Source: a virus (Duplodnaviria > Caudoviricetes). Taken from it: a stretch of 61,326 nt of DNA. How positions within the stretch are numbered: position 1 is the stretch's first letter; each line of letters opens with the position of its first letter. Positions 46,544-57,209 of the stretch are shown here, piece after piece. The position numbers and the translations under genes are program-made. Under the pieces are notes generated by a model. It ran no database searches, was not told the DNA's origin, and saw nothing but the letters and a program-made list of their open reading frames with translations. The stretch is from positions 1 to 61,326 of the IMG/VR virus record IMGVR_UViG_3300027896_002454, one strand, 5' to 3'.

Positions 46544-48162
46544 GTTAATTGTTCCTTAATATTTTGTATTAACAACTTATTCCAGCTACTTCTATCAACT
46601 ACATTATTGCTATACCACTCATATGGTATAGCCATTCCTGTTTTCTTGCTATTGTATTCAAGAAATTGATTCATATTAAATTTAATACTTTCTGCCTTAT
46701 TTGTAAACAGTTTTTTTAGTATGATTTTTCCTTTTTTACTATTCCAAGTACAAATAGATGGTAATGAAAAAGCAAACTTTATGATATTTTTATCAAGATA
46801 TGGACACCTTAACTCTATTGAATGAGCCATCGTCATTCTATCTGATATCTGAAGCAATGGTTGTAATCCTATAGAGAACTCTAATTTTTTAATATTCCAA
46901 TGCAAAGGTCTATTATGATTCCACACAGCCCCTATTGTATTAATCATCCAATCTAAATCTTTACTGTCATTATGTCTTGTGTACAATCTAGCCAATCTTT
47001 CTATAATATTTCCCAGATACTTATCTCTAACTGGTTCATATCCTTTAAATTTGAAATCATTATACCACATATCATTTTCAAATAAAACTATTTCATTTCT
47101 TGTGTAACCGTTAAATAATTCATCTGCGCCTTCACCAGAATATACTACTGGAACTTTAAACTTTTTCATTGCTTCTGCTAATGCCCACCAAATAGGGACA
47201 GATAGATGACCAACTGGCATTTCTAAATGATAACATATTTCTGGTAATCTTCTTTGAAGTCCTTCTTTGCTATCATATGACATAGATATGAAAGCAGATT
47301 TTAATCTTGTCATTTCATCTACTATATCACGAGATTTATCTTTTAAGTCATAATAAGCAACAGTGTCTGGTTGTAGCATCAAATATATTAAGCTTGAGTC
47401 CCAACCACCAGATAAAAATTGTCCTATTTGAACATCTGATCTTTTTCTTAATTCTATAGAATTTTTAAGTAATCTATCTAATTCTTCTACAGCTTCATTA
47501 AAAGTTATTTTATAGTTTACATCTATATCATCTATATCAAAATATTTATATCTTTTATGAAGTTTATGTTTTAAACTTTTTGTAAAAAATGTGTAACAAT
47601 ATGCTGGTTCTATTTGATAAACATTTTCAAAACATGTTTCATCATCTACACAGAATTCCCAATATTTAACAAATTCTGTTTCTTTATATTTCAAATTATC
47701 AAAAGTTTTTATCTCAGAAGCAAATTCTATATAATTATTTGTCATTCTATAAAATAATGGTTTCTTTCCAGCTATATCTCTAAATGCGTAAACTTTATTA
47801 TTATCATGCCTATTAATTAAAACAATAGCAAACATACCAATAAATCTATTTACACATTCTTCTCCCCATTCTTCAAATGCTTCTAATACGACTTCGGCAT
47901 CACAAGTAGTTTTAAAAATATGTCCTAATTTTATAAGCTCTTCTTTTAACTCAATGTAATTGTAAATCTCACCATTATACAATAACCACCAATTATGATT
48001 ACACCAAGGTAATTCTTGTTTGTTAAGATCTAATATAGAAAGTCGCCATTGATATAAAGACAACTTGTCATCAATATGACTTCCATACTCATTTGGTCCT
48101 CTATGTTCTAATGAATGAGCTGACTTCTTATTTTTACCTATACATCCGTAAAATCCGCACAT
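46540..48162 (-). CDS. asnB: Asparagine synthetase B-like glutamine amidotransferase
   Basis: MCGF, HRGP, RLSILDL, YNGEIYNY, RDIAGKKPLFY, LSGGWDSS, SGEGADELF, DRMTMAHSIELRCPYLD. Confidence 0.9.
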   Translation of the reverse strand: MCGFYGCIGKNKKSAHSLEHRGPNEYGSHIDDKLSLYQWRLSILDLNKQELPWCNHNWWLLYNGEIYNYIELKEELIKLGHIFKTTCDAEVVLEAFEEWGEECVNRFIGMFAIVLINRHDNNKVYAFRDIAGKKPLFYRMTNNYIEFASEIKTFDNLKYKETEFVKYWEFCVDDETCFENVYQIEPAYCYTFFTKSLKHKLHKRYKYFDIDDIDVNYKITFNEAVEELDRLLKNSIELRKRSDVQIGQFLSGGWDSSLIYLMLQPDTVAYYDLKDKSRDIVDEMTRLKSAFISMSYDSKEGLQRRLPEICYHLEMPVGHLSVPIWWALAEAMKKFKVPVVYSGEGADELFNGYTRNEIVLFENDMWYNDFKFKGYEPVRDKYLGNIIERLARLYTRHNDSKDLDWMINTIGAVWNHNRPLHWNIKKLEFSIGLQPLLQISDRMTMAHSIELRCPYLDKNIIKFAFSLPSICTWNSKKGKIILKKLFTNKAESIKFNMNQFLEYNSKKTGMAIPYEWYSNNVVDRSSWNKLLIQNIKEQLT

Positions 48163-49418
48163 TATACTATTCCTACTTCTCCTACTGGTATGATAAACTT
48201 ACCACCTCTATTTTTGAAATCTACTTCTTTATTCATTATAGTGTCTCTATAGTTCCAAGGAAGAATTATAATATAATCAAAATCTAATTTCTCTGCTTTT
48301 TCTCTTGATAAAATTGGTATATGATTTAACGGAACATACATATCTTGTTTAGCTGGCGAGTCATCAATACAACAAATTAAATCATCTTGTCCTAACTCTG
48401 ACATGTTAAGAATAGTAAATCCTTTAGCTGCAGCTCCATATCCAGCTATAGTTCCGCCATCATCTACAATTTGTTTAACAAGCTTATTCAATTTCTTAGC
48501 AGATTGTTTAACACTTTTAGCAAATTTCTTACAAGTTTTTAATGAACATAAATCTGTATCTACTTCTCTTGTTAGCCATGCATCAACTCTATGTAATCCA
48601 GTTATATTTGCTTCATAATCTTCTCTTGCTATTGTCATTCTCATTGAACCACCTTGAGCTGGTGTTACAATAGCATCAATTAATTTAAATCCAAATTTAC
48701 CTAAAAATCTATTCCATACACTAAATGTAAAATATGAAAAATGATCATGATATATTAATGAATAATTAGTATTATCAACCATTCCGCCCCAATAATTAGC
48801 TTCTACAATAAACACTCCATCTTTTGCTAATAGTTTATCTACACCTTTCATTAAATCATCTAAATCATTTAAATGAGCTATACAATTATTTCCTATAATA
48901 ACTTTAGCTTTACCCCATTCTTTTTCAATTTTCTTAGCTACATTTTCTGTAAAGAAAGCTGGAATTGTAGGAATTCCTCTTTTTAAAGCTCTGAGGACTA
49001 CGTTTGTTGCAGGATCTACTCCTAATACTCTATATCCAGGATTATGAATTTTGTAATCATGTTGTAATATGTTTAAAAGTATACCATCATTAGAACCTAT
49101 TTCAACGACTAAATTGTCGCTAATAAGATATTTTTGAACAGATTCTTTAATATATTGTGAAAAATAATCCCTTAATCCAGGCATATCACTAGAAAAATAT
49201 AGATAATCTACGTCTTGATATATTTTTGTAGCTACAATAGGATTGACTATTTGTACTAATCCACAATCATTACAATAAGAAACCACTAATTTATATGATT
49301 CTTCTGGTGATTTAAGTTCTTCTTTTGTTAAAAGACTATTAACTAATGGTTGTTCTCCCATGTTTAAAAACGGAATAACATTACTTGATTTACACATTCT
49401 ACAACGTTTAGTTTTCAT
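48162..49418 (-). CDS. NDP-sugar C-methyltransferase
   Basis: CRMC..CNDCGLVQ zinc site, EIGSNDG, GVDP, IYHDH, YGAAAKG, PWNY. Confidence 0.88.
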   Translation of the reverse strand: MKTKRCRMCKSSNVIPFLNMGEQPLVNSLLTKEELKSPEESYKLVVSYCNDCGLVQIVNPIVATKIYQDVDYLYFSSDMPGLRDYFSQYIKESVQKYLISDNLVVEIGSNDGILLNILQHDYKIHNPGYRVLGVDPATNVVLRALKRGIPTIPAFFTENVAKKIEKEWGKAKVIIGNNCIAHLNDLDDLMKGVDKLLAKDGVFIVEANYWGGMVDNTNYSLIYHDHFSYFTFSVWNRFLGKFGFKLIDAIVTPAQGGSMRMTIAREDYEANITGLHRVDAWLTREVDTDLCSLKTCKKFAKSVKQSAKKLNKLVKQIVDDGGTIAGYGAAAKGFTILNMSELGQDDLICCIDDSPAKQDMYVPLNHIPILSREKAEKLDFDYIIILPWNYRDTIMNKEVDFKNRGGKFIIPVGEVGIV

Positions 49419-49633
49419 TTTTTACTCCATGAATTTTTACATATAAAGTGTAACTCTAACAACTCTTTTTCTGTCAATTTTTTAACTTCATTTGCTTCCC
49501 ATCGCCATTCGTCTACAAAACCACCGATCCAATGTCCACATTTTTTCACTAATGAGTTTTCAAGAACTGAATAATATGGAGAGCTGCCCAAAACTAAATC
49601 GACAAGAGATTCTTTGTCTAAATCAATTTTCAT
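49415..49633 (-). CDS. Hypothetical protein
   Basis: Coupled ORF. Confidence 0.6.
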   Translation of the reverse strand: MKIDLDKESLVDLVLGSSPYYSVLENSLVKKCGHWIGGFVDEWRWEANEVKKLTEKELLELHFICKNSWSKK

Positions 49634-50534
49634 TCTTTAATACCTTTCTATATTCTTTAAGCCATTCTATGACTTCAGTTTTTGGTCTCCAATTCAAAAC
49701 ATCAAACGTATTTGTCATATCTGCTTCATGTCTTTCTACTTCAAAATTTCTTTTAGGAATAAATTTAACTTCTGCCCCTAAAGCTTCTGCTATTTCTTTC
49801 ATTGTATTAACTTTACCAGTAGCTATATTTAAAATTTCTCCATGACCAGTTCTATTAGATAGAGCAGCCTCTTCGCAAGCTTCTGCTAAATCTCCTGCAT
49901 ATATAAAATCTCTTTGACCAGTATCAAATGAAGATTGTGCAGTTGTTTTTGTTAAAGTTATTGGTTGATCATTTTTAACTGCTTCAAAAAACTTAAATAA
50001 GGCTGTATCATTTCTTTGATTTTCTCCATAAACTTGATAGAATCTAAATACTGTAGTTTTTAGTCCATAAAGTTTTGAATATAATTTACAATAATGCTCT
50101 ATAGTCAACTTTTGAAGACTATAAGGTTCTATTGGAAACGGTTTCATATCTTCTTTCCAAGGAGTTGGATTTTCACCATATAAAGAAGCTGTTGAAGCAA
50201 ATAAGAATTTTTTGATTTTAGCATTTTTAGATATCTCTAGCATATGCACAGACATATCAATGTTATCCTCTGTAGTTTCAACTGGATGTTCTATAGAATT
50301 TGGTATATTTGTAACAAATGCTAGATGAAATACATAGTCTATATTAAAATTTATTAAATTAGCATCTTTTAAGTGAAAAACATTCATTTTAAAGAATTTA
50401 AAATTTTCATGTTTTTTAATAAGAGGACAATCTCTAATGTCAATTCCTAATACTTTATGTCCATCTGCCAATAATCTTGGAATTAAATGTGACGCAATAA
50501 ATCCTGCACAACCTGTAACTAAAAAACTACTCAT
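49623..50534 (-). CDS. NAD-dependent nucleotide-sugar epimerase/dehydratase
   Basis: LVTGCAGFIASH, HLA, YSLQK, RDFIY. Confidence 0.9.
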   Translation of the reverse strand: MSSFLVTGCAGFIASHLIPRLLADGHKVLGIDIRDCPLIKKHENFKFFKMNVFHLKDANLINFNIDYVFHLAFVTNIPNSIEHPVETTEDNIDMSVHMLEISKNAKIKKFLFASTASLYGENPTPWKEDMKPFPIEPYSLQKLTIEHYCKLYSKLYGLKTTVFRFYQVYGENQRNDTALFKFFEAVKNDQPITLTKTTAQSSFDTGQRDFIYAGDLAEACEEAALSNRTGHGEILNIATGKVNTMKEIAEALGAEVKFIPKRNFEVERHEADMTNTFDVLNWRPKTEVIEWLKEYRKVLKNEN

Positions 50535-51386
50535 TTATTTTACCTTTCTCAATGACACGTTAATAGTTGCATAATCTTCATAAATTCTTAATATTTCATA
50601 TTGATAATTTGCTCTATCTAAATAACCTAATATACAATGAATATCTTCTATATCAAATAAAGGATTTCCAGAAAACCAATCATAGTTAGACGATACACAT
50701 AAATCAAAATCTATATCTGGATTGTACCAACATCTGAATAAATTATTATGAACAAATCTTTGAAGATCTACTTCTTCTCCAAGTTTTATATTTAAATCAT
50801 ATAAAGCTTTCCCAAATTCAGTCACTGTTATAGCAAATTTCCATAATTGTTTTGGAGTCATTTTACTAGCTTTTTCGAAAATTAATTCATCAACACGATC
50901 TCTATTCGAATTTTTCTTTTTACATACAGAAAAAGTGACTACACCGTCATCATTTAGATGATCAAAAAAATGTACTAAAGTTTTGCCTGGATCTGGTGTG
51001 TGATGTATTACTTGATCACACGATATAAAATCAAATTTCTCGGGATATTTAAAATTAGTGACATCTCCTTGCAAAATTTCACAATTTTTAAACTCTTTTA
51101 AATGCTCTTTTGCAACTTTTAAAGCATTTTTACTTTGATCCATTGCGACTATATGAATTTTATCATTAAGTTGCGCAAACATTTTAGAATCTCTACCCAA
51201 ACCGCAACCAGCTTCAAGAACATATTTTTTATCTTTTAAAAATTTCTTTAAATTAGTTAACGTATTATATCCATATCTTTCAAGATACCATTCTCTATAC
51301 ATTTGTTCTGTATCTTTTGCCCAATTTGGTACAACTTTCCATTTATAATCAAAAAACTTAAATGTTATTTCTTTCTTTGGTTTCAT
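50535..51386 (-). CDS. SAM-dependent methyltransferase
   Basis: LEAGCGLG, DQVIHHTPD, YDW. Confidence 0.85.
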   Translation of the reverse strand: MKPKKEITFKFFDYKWKVVPNWAKDTEQMYREWYLERYGYNTLTNLKKFLKDKKYVLEAGCGLGRDSKMFAQLNDKIHIVAMDQSKNALKVAKEHLKEFKNCEILQGDVTNFKYPEKFDFISCDQVIHHTPDPGKTLVHFFDHLNDDGVVTFSVCKKKNSNRDRVDELIFEKASKMTPKQLWKFAITVTEFGKALYDLNIKLGEEVDLQRFVHNNLFRCWYNPDIDFDLCVSSNYDWFSGNPLFDIEDIHCILGYLDRANYQYEILRIYEDYATINVSLRKVK

Positions 51387-52447
51387 TTATTCCTCTTATA
51401 ATCTTGTTCTCTTATGTCTGATACTATTTGCAAATATTTTTCAAAATCATTCCAATCTCTAATATAGAATTCTTTCCAATTATTCCTGCCCCAAACTATA
51501 GGATTGTGCATTGGAACCCACGCATATATTTTACTTGCTTTTTCAAATCCATAAGTATTAAATAAATCTTTCATTAAATCTATTCTATAATCTTGCCAAC
51601 CTATAAATATAGTGTAATCTAAATCTTCATATAAAGTGAAACATTTATTTGGGAGCTTTATCATTATTCTGTCTAATAATGGTCTTGTGAACAAATCAAA
51701 TGTTGTATTTAATACATCAACATTAAACATTTTATTACCTTCTTTACCTAACATAGCATCCATTAATTTATAATGATAGTGCTTTATCAAAGTATCAGAA
51801 AACGAAATATATTGAAAATGTAATACGCAATAAGTATTATCACTTACAGTCTTTAAGTTTGCTATTGGAATCGGAATAGAAAGTATGCCGTATTCTCTTT
51901 TATCTTCAGTAAAGTTTAAAACATTTTTATATGAGACTTCTGGTCCGTCTTTAAATAAATACTGTTGATGCATAGATTGCCCATAATAATCATTTCTAAT
52001 ATTATTATCTTTATCTAATACATCATTCCATTTTAAAGTTATTCCGTATCCCTCTTTTATTGACTCAGTTATAGATTTTAATCCATTCTTTCCATTTCTA
52101 TAAAACATAGATGATGGTAATTCATCTAAACTTGGTCTATAAAATATAGTTCCACCATGTCTTCTACCAGCTTCTAATAATTTAGTGTATACTATATAAT
52201 CATTACTATATTTTGACGTATCTGCGTTGTTATCAAAGTCATTCTTAAAACTATGTTGTATAGGAACTTCAGAGTTTATGATTTCGACTATGTTACACTC
52301 TTCTTTTAGTCTATTAAGAACCTCTAAAGTATTATCAGAACTTGCATCATTATTAACTACAAATCCATCAACAAATAATTTAGTTTTTCTTAAAAAATAT
52401 TCTAAAAATTTACCACCATTTCTCACTGTTAAAAGAGCTAAAAACAT
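51383..52447 (-). CDS. GT2-family glycosyltransferase
   Basis: TVRNG, DASSDNT, LDE, LHFQY. Confidence 0.7.
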   Translation of the reverse strand: MFLALLTVRNGGKFLEYFLRKTKLFVDGFVVNNDASSDNTLEVLNRLKEECNIVEIINSEVPIQHSFKNDFDNNADTSKYSNDYIVYTKLLEAGRRHGGTIFYRPSLDELPSSMFYRNGKNGLKSITESIKEGYGITLKWNDVLDKDNNIRNDYYGQSMHQQYLFKDGPEVSYKNVLNFTEDKREYGILSIPIPIANLKTVSDNTYCVLHFQYISFSDTLIKHYHYKLMDAMLGKEGNKMFNVDVLNTTFDLFTRPLLDRIMIKLPNKCFTLYEDLDYTIFIGWQDYRIDLMKDLFNTYGFEKASKIYAWVPMHNPIVWGRNNWKEFYIRDWNDFEKYLQIVSDIREQDYKRNK

Positions 52448-53130
52448 TAAACAAGTCTCCTAAGCCAAATCATTCCCCAGCGATTACTATCTGGATTAAA
52501 TCCCCAATCCCATTTTCCTTCATTTAAATCAACAAATTCTTTAACAGGCCCTCGATGATTTTGCCATTGATCAGGAGTATCACCGCCGTGATCTTCTCCC
52601 CATACTTTGTCATCCCATGAATTTCCCATATCATGTAAAGCAACAAATCCACCAATTTTGACCTTACTAAGACAATTTGATTCAAACATCCAATAATGCA
52701 TCTGTTGATAATTATGTGGAGATGTATCTATATGCATTAGATCACAAGTTTCTGGTAGAAATTTATTTATAAAAATTTCTCCGGCTTCTTGACTAAAATG
52801 AAATCTTTGATGTTCATGTGGTAATTGCGGAAAATTAGTTATATCACATCCGTACAATTGTCCATTTGTTACATCTAATGCATCTAACATTGCTCTTGTA
52901 GATGCTCCTTCTCCAACACCTAGCTCTATGACATATTTAATATCATGCAATACAATAAGCTTTTTAATAAACGAAGAATTGCCATCACCAAATGTCCCAC
53001 CAGAATCCCATGGATTAGCTGGTGGAGATAGTTGTCCTACTCTACCAGTTGTATGAGGTATAGGAAACTTTTTTGAAAATGATTCTTTATTATTATATAA
53101 TAATTTGTAATCCATAGTGTTAACCTGCAA
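52447..53130 (-). CDS. Methyltransferase (Methyltransf_24-like)
   Basis: IELGVGEGAST, MHIDTSPH, GGFVALHD. Confidence 0.8.
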   Translation of the reverse strand: MQVNTMDYKLLYNNKESFSKKFPIPHTTGRVGQLSPPANPWDSGGTFGDGNSSFIKKLIVLHDIKYVIELGVGEGASTRAMLDALDVTNGQLYGCDITNFPQLPHEHQRFHFSQEAGEIFINKFLPETCDLMHIDTSPHNYQQMHYWMFESNCLSKVKIGGFVALHDMGNSWDDKVWGEDHGGDTPDQWQNHRGPVKEFVDLNEGKWDWGFNPDSNRWGMIWLRRLV

Positions 53131-53773
53131 ATTTAGTAAAAATTATTAAACCACAATAAAAATGTATTGAATTTATGTGTTCGTCTAATGCATTATATTC
53201 TGGTAATAGGACAGCTGCTACGCTTCTAGATCTTTTGAAATCATTAATTTGTGATTTTCCGTAAACGTTTAATCTATCTATCATTGCCTTAAATATTTCT
53301 ACTATTCTATTTTGATTCATAATTCCTCCACCATATCTTTCGTCATATGATGTTTGAATATCTTCGACAGCATATAAACCACCAGGACATAGCGTTTGAA
53401 AAAAGTATGCTATAGATTTTACTTGATCTTTAGAAACATGACTACCATCATCAATAATTATATCAAATCCAGTTTGATGATTTTCAAAAAAATGTTTTAA
53501 AAATTCTTCATCTCCTTGATCTGCAATTATTACTTCTGTTCTATCTGTCGCATATTGTGCACACCTTGGATTTATGTCTATTGCTGTTATTTTTGCATTT
53601 GGAAAATATTCTTCCCAAATTTTTATAGAATCACCTTTATCTATTCCTATCTCTAATAATTTAACAGGAAGATCTCTAGCACCTTTAAAATATGATTCAT
53701 ATATAGTCATATATGAATGTCCTAAGGAAGACCTAGGAGATTTGTATTTTACTGCTATTTCATCTAATGTCAT
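53120..53773 (-). CDS. Sugar O-methyltransferase-like protein
   Basis: LLEIGI..GDS..W..YF, ADQ, DIIIDDGSH, GGLYAVEDI. Confidence 0.85.
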   Translation of the reverse strand: MTLDEIAVKYKSPRSSLGHSYMTIYESYFKGARDLPVKLLEIGIDKGDSIKIWEEYFPNAKITAIDINPRCAQYATDRTEVIIADQGDEEFLKHFFENHQTGFDIIIDDGSHVSKDQVKSIAYFFQTLCPGGLYAVEDIQTSYDERYGGGIMNQNRIVEIFKAMIDRLNVYGKSQINDFKRSRSVAAVLLPEYNALDEHINSIHFYCGLIIFTKFAG

Positions 53774-53963
53774 TTTTTTCTCTATATAATTTTGAATTTT
53801 CTACTAAATCTTCAATTGCATTATGTAATTCTTTTCTTATGTCTAAAAAATGATACCATTTATTAATATCATCAATATTGTTGTTATTTTTATAACTGTC
53901 ATATGTCTTCATAGCTTCCCACCAACCTTCTGCTAACTTGCAAACAATTTCACTATATTTCAT
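53760..53963 (-). CDS. Hypothetical protein
   Basis: Coupled ORF. Confidence 0.55.
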   Translation of the reverse strand: MKYSEIVCKLAEGWWEAMKTYDSYKNNNNIDDINKWYHFLDIRKELHNAIEDLVENSKLYREKNDIR

Positions 53964-54211
53964 TAGAATTTTATCCTTTTATATGTCTTAGGAATCTTTT
54001 TGCCAGTTAACCAATCCTCAACAATTTCGTCTAATTCTTTGCAAAAATCATTTCTTTGTTTATTAGAAGTCTCTATAACATTAAATAATTCTATTTTTTC
54101 TTTATCAGTTAAAGAAGTATCATTTTCTAATTTATCTCTTAATCTGATAATCTTAATTACTTCAATTACAAGCTTGTCAGTTAGAGTCGCTAAAGTTTCC
54201 ATATTTATCAA
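53963..54211 (-). CDS. Small helical protein (DUF4254-like)
   Basis: ETLATLTDKL.I..IK...N.QRN....ELDE. Confidence 0.55.
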   Translation of the reverse strand: MINMETLATLTDKLVIEVIKIIRLRDKLENDTSLTDKEKIELFNVIETSNKQRNDFCKELDEIVEDWLTGKKIPKTYKRIKF

Positions 54212-55166
54212 ATCTCTCGTCTGTTATTATTTTTCCTGTTTTATCTATATAAGGAGAAAAATCTAAAATTTTTCCATTATAACTCATTCCAAGCCAAGTA
54301 TCTTTTCCCATACAATAATCAGAATTTATATCAATATAATCTGCTATATCACCTTTTCCATGCATACCATGTGAAATTCCAGTTGGCCAACCGTTGCCAT
54401 GTATCATTTCTGGTCCGTGAAACAGTTGAACACCGTGAAGAGCAAATGGTTCGTCTAAATGAGCTTTGAATTTGTATTCATTATATAATTTAGCATTTTT
54501 TCTTTGATTAAAATCTTGATTATTAACAAATTGAGTTTGTAACCAATTCTCACATTCATTTTGATTTTTTTGATTAGGATATTTACCTATTCTTTTCCAT
54601 ATATTAGTTCTATAAATATTTGGACCATGAGAAAAAGGGACTTGCCAAAGTGGCCATAATAACTGATTATCTTTTGTTAATAAATGCGCTCTAACATCGT
54701 CTGAATAAATAGTCTTAATATACTTTTGTGAATTGTATTCTGTGAATATATCATGACCGTATAATTTTAATCCACCATAATATTCAAAACCTTCTCCTGA
54801 TATTAATGTTATCTCTTCAAATTTTAATAATAATTTAATAGCATCTTTTAACCAATTTTTATTTCTAGCTATACAGTATTGATCATCTTCTAATCTTAAA
54901 GCAAATGGAGTCTTTATACTATCAATTGCTCTATTAAAATCTGTTGAAGCTTTTCCGTCTATAGTATTTTGATAATCATAATCTAATTCTAAACTTTCTA
55001 ATACTTTTCTATTTCTATTTGTTATATCTTTATTATTATCACCATCTACTATTAAAATTTGAACATAATTTTGACTTAAATCTGTTCTTGCTACTAATCT
55101 TTTAAGATTTAACTCTAAAGATCTAGTACGTTTATATACTGGCAGGAATATAGTTACTAATTTCAT
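54177..55166 (-). CDS. GT2-family glycosyltransferase
   Basis: VTIFLPVYKR, ILIVDG, LEDD; start taken at MKLV. Confidence 0.75.
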   Translation of the reverse strand: MKLVTIFLPVYKRTRSLELNLKRLVARTDLSQNYVQILIVDGDNNKDITNRNRKVLESLELDYDYQNTIDGKASTDFNRAIDSIKTPFALRLEDDQYCIARNKNWLKDAIKLLLKFEEITLISGEGFEYYGGLKLYGHDIFTEYNSQKYIKTIYSDDVRAHLLTKDNQLLWPLWQVPFSHGPNIYRTNIWKRIGKYPNQKNQNECENWLQTQFVNNQDFNQRKNAKLYNEYKFKAHLDEPFALHGVQLFHGPEMIHGNGWPTGISHGMHGKGDIADYIDINSDYCMGKDTWLGMSYNGKILDFSPYIDKTGKIITDERFDKYGNFSDSN

Positions 55167-56037
55167 CTTCGAATGATTTCCATAATTCTTTATTTTGATT
55201 GCAAACTGTAGGTCTTGAGTTGTCAAATCTTTCTTTTATCATTTCTAATGAATTATATTCTTCATATTTCTTAGACATGATACCTTTTTCTAAATCAGAT
55301 TCGACTAAAGTTCCTTTGAATTTATTCATACCATCATTTTCATGCTCTTGATGATATATCAGTGTATTGTATTCAGTTTCTTGTTTTACATTAAGTCTTC
55401 CAGTTCTTTCTTTTATATCGTCTTCTTCACTTAATGGTCCATAAAATCTTAAATCATATCCACCAATAGTCTTAAATAACTTTGTTTGAATTGCATAAGT
55501 TAAAAATATATGCGTATGAATACCATAAACATAAAGATTTTCAAAATTATGCCCTATGTTATGTGGTATCCTTTTAGCTAATGTTAACAATTCATTTTCA
55601 TGTATTTTTTCTAACCATTTATCATAATCTTCTATAACATTATCAACTATAGAATATTTTGTCCATACAAATGGTGGAGCTATTATTCTAAACTTATTAC
55701 CTAATTTGAAATTTTCGTCTATTGCTTCTACAGCATTTTTGCTTATCATTGTATCAGAACCAACAAAGAATATAGTATTTCCTTTAGCTTGATAAGCTCC
55801 TAAATTATTAGCCCATCCAAGCGAAAAATATTTATCTTTAAATTGAGGATAATATCGATAAGATGACACAAATCCATATTTTGAAACTATAGCTAATTGT
55901 TTTTCATAATTCTCTTTAGAAGAACCAAAATCAACTATAATTAATTCAAAATCTTTTGTTTGTTTTGAAAGAGATAATATAACATTTTCGAAACGATAAT
56001 CTGATCTGTTTCGAAACCCTAGTATAACACTAACCAA
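55132..56037 (-). CDS. GT2-family glycosyltransferase
   Basis: VSVI..FRNR, IIVDFGS, NLGA, IGGYDLRF.G..EEDD, HQEH. Confidence 0.85.
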   Translation of the reverse strand: MVSVILGFRNRSDYRFENVILSLSKQTKDFELIIVDFGSSKENYEKQLAIVSKYGFVSSYRYYPQFKDKYFSLGWANNLGAYQAKGNTIFFVGSDTMISKNAVEAIDENFKLGNKFRIIAPPFVWTKYSIVDNVIEDYDKWLEKIHENELLTLAKRIPHNIGHNFENLYVYGIHTHIFLTYAIQTKLFKTIGGYDLRFYGPLSEEDDIKERTGRLNVKQETEYNTLIYHQEHENDGMNKFKGTLVESDLEKGIMSKKYEEYNSLEMIKERFDNSRPTVCNQNKELWKSFEDEISNYIPASI

Positions 56038-57001
56038 TAGTTACTCCTCTCCATTTCAAAATATCATTAATTATATCATCTATTGTAAACCATTGCAAAT
56101 TATTTTCACCAAGCACTTCTTTTAACGTATCAATGTTAACAAGTCTTCTTGGCATATCTTCAAATGCATCATTATAATATAATTTTTCAGAATTTAATAT
56201 TATTTTTGATTCACTTTTTGTTATTTCTTTTACTTTGTTTGCTAATTCAAGAATAGTCATTTCTTGACCACTACCAATATTTATAACCTTTCCATAAGAT
56301 TTACTATTACCTATTAATCTAAATATAATCTCACATACATTATGTATGTGAGTAAATGTTCTTTTTTGTGATCCATCAAAAAATACTGGAATTGGTTCGT
56401 TTTTTAAAGCTTTATCAATAAATCTTGGAACAACCATACCATAATCACTTACTTGTCCAGGTCCAGTAATATTAAAAAATCTTAAAATAGTAGCTGGAAT
56501 TCTATACTTATTATACATGTCTAAAGTTAGAAATTCATCTATATATTTAGATGCAGCATAACTCCACCTGCTTTTATATGAAGTTCCGTATGTTACATCA
56601 CCAGCTTCTTTTAATTCATTATTATTCTTACCATAAACTTCAGAAGTAGAAGCTATCAAGCATCTTTTTCTATATTTTTTACAAGCTTCTAATATAGTCT
56701 CTGTTGCTTGAATGTTATTCATAATACATTCATATGGATTGTGCATCACTAATCCAATACCAACAGTAGCAGCTAAATGTAAAACAACATCTGCTTGTGA
56801 AACACATGATTCAACTTCTTCTTTATTTTCTTGACATACTTTAAATTGAACAAAAGCACAAGTTGTTCCAAATAAATTTTCTGCTCGTCCAGTAGATAAA
56901 TCATCTATAACTATGATTTCTATATCTTTAGAAAGTTTGTTTAAATAGTGAACAAAATTCGCGCCTATGAAACCAGCGCCACCAGTTACTAATATTCTCA
57001 T
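56030..57001 (-). CDS. NAD-dependent epimerase/decarboxylase (UDP-glucuronate decarboxylase-like)
   Basis: VTGGAGFIG, HLAA.VG, ASTSEVYG, RWSYAASK, RFFN..GP, YGMVVPRF. Confidence 0.88.
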   Translation of the reverse strand: MRILVTGGAGFIGANFVHYLNKLSKDIEIIVIDDLSTGRAENLFGTTCAFVQFKVCQENKEEVESCVSQADVVLHLAATVGIGLVMHNPYECIMNNIQATETILEACKKYRKRCLIASTSEVYGKNNNELKEAGDVTYGTSYKSRWSYAASKYIDEFLTLDMYNKYRIPATILRFFNITGPGQVSDYGMVVPRFIDKALKNEPIPVFFDGSQKRTFTHIHNVCEIIFRLIGNSKSYGKVINIGSGQEMTILELANKVKEITKSESKIILNSEKLYYNDAFEDMPRRLVNIDTLKEVLGENNLQWFTIDDIINDILKWRGVTIG

Positions 57002-57132
57002 TTTTTAACCTCTTCTAATGAAACAATTCTATACGGCCAAATCCAATCACCACAAACTCTTTTTATTTCTTGATAATTTGGCAATTTTTCAAATTTTATT
57101 ATATATTTTTTCTTTTCATTATTGTTTGTCAT
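56998..57132 (-). CDS. 44-aa hypothetical protein (not in ORF track)
   Basis: MTNNNEKKKYIIKFEKLPNYQEIKRVCGDWIWPYRIVSLEEVKK; ATGA overlap with downstream gene. Confidence 0.5.
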   Translation of the reverse strand: MTNNNEKKKYIIKFEKLPNYQEIKRVCGDWIWPYRIVSLEEVKK

Positions 57133-57209
57133 ATTTGTTACCTAATTAATCATTTTTTAATACCACAAGTGGCCTCAGCATCACGACGTTGACTGCTGCT
57201 AAACTTTAA

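Noticed and set aside
57160-57207. HDV-like/theta or hammerhead ribozyme
   Set aside because: A GCTAA followed by ACTT could pair with an upstream AAGT, but no P1/P3 nested pseudoknot could be built, and the CUGANGA/GAAA core is absent
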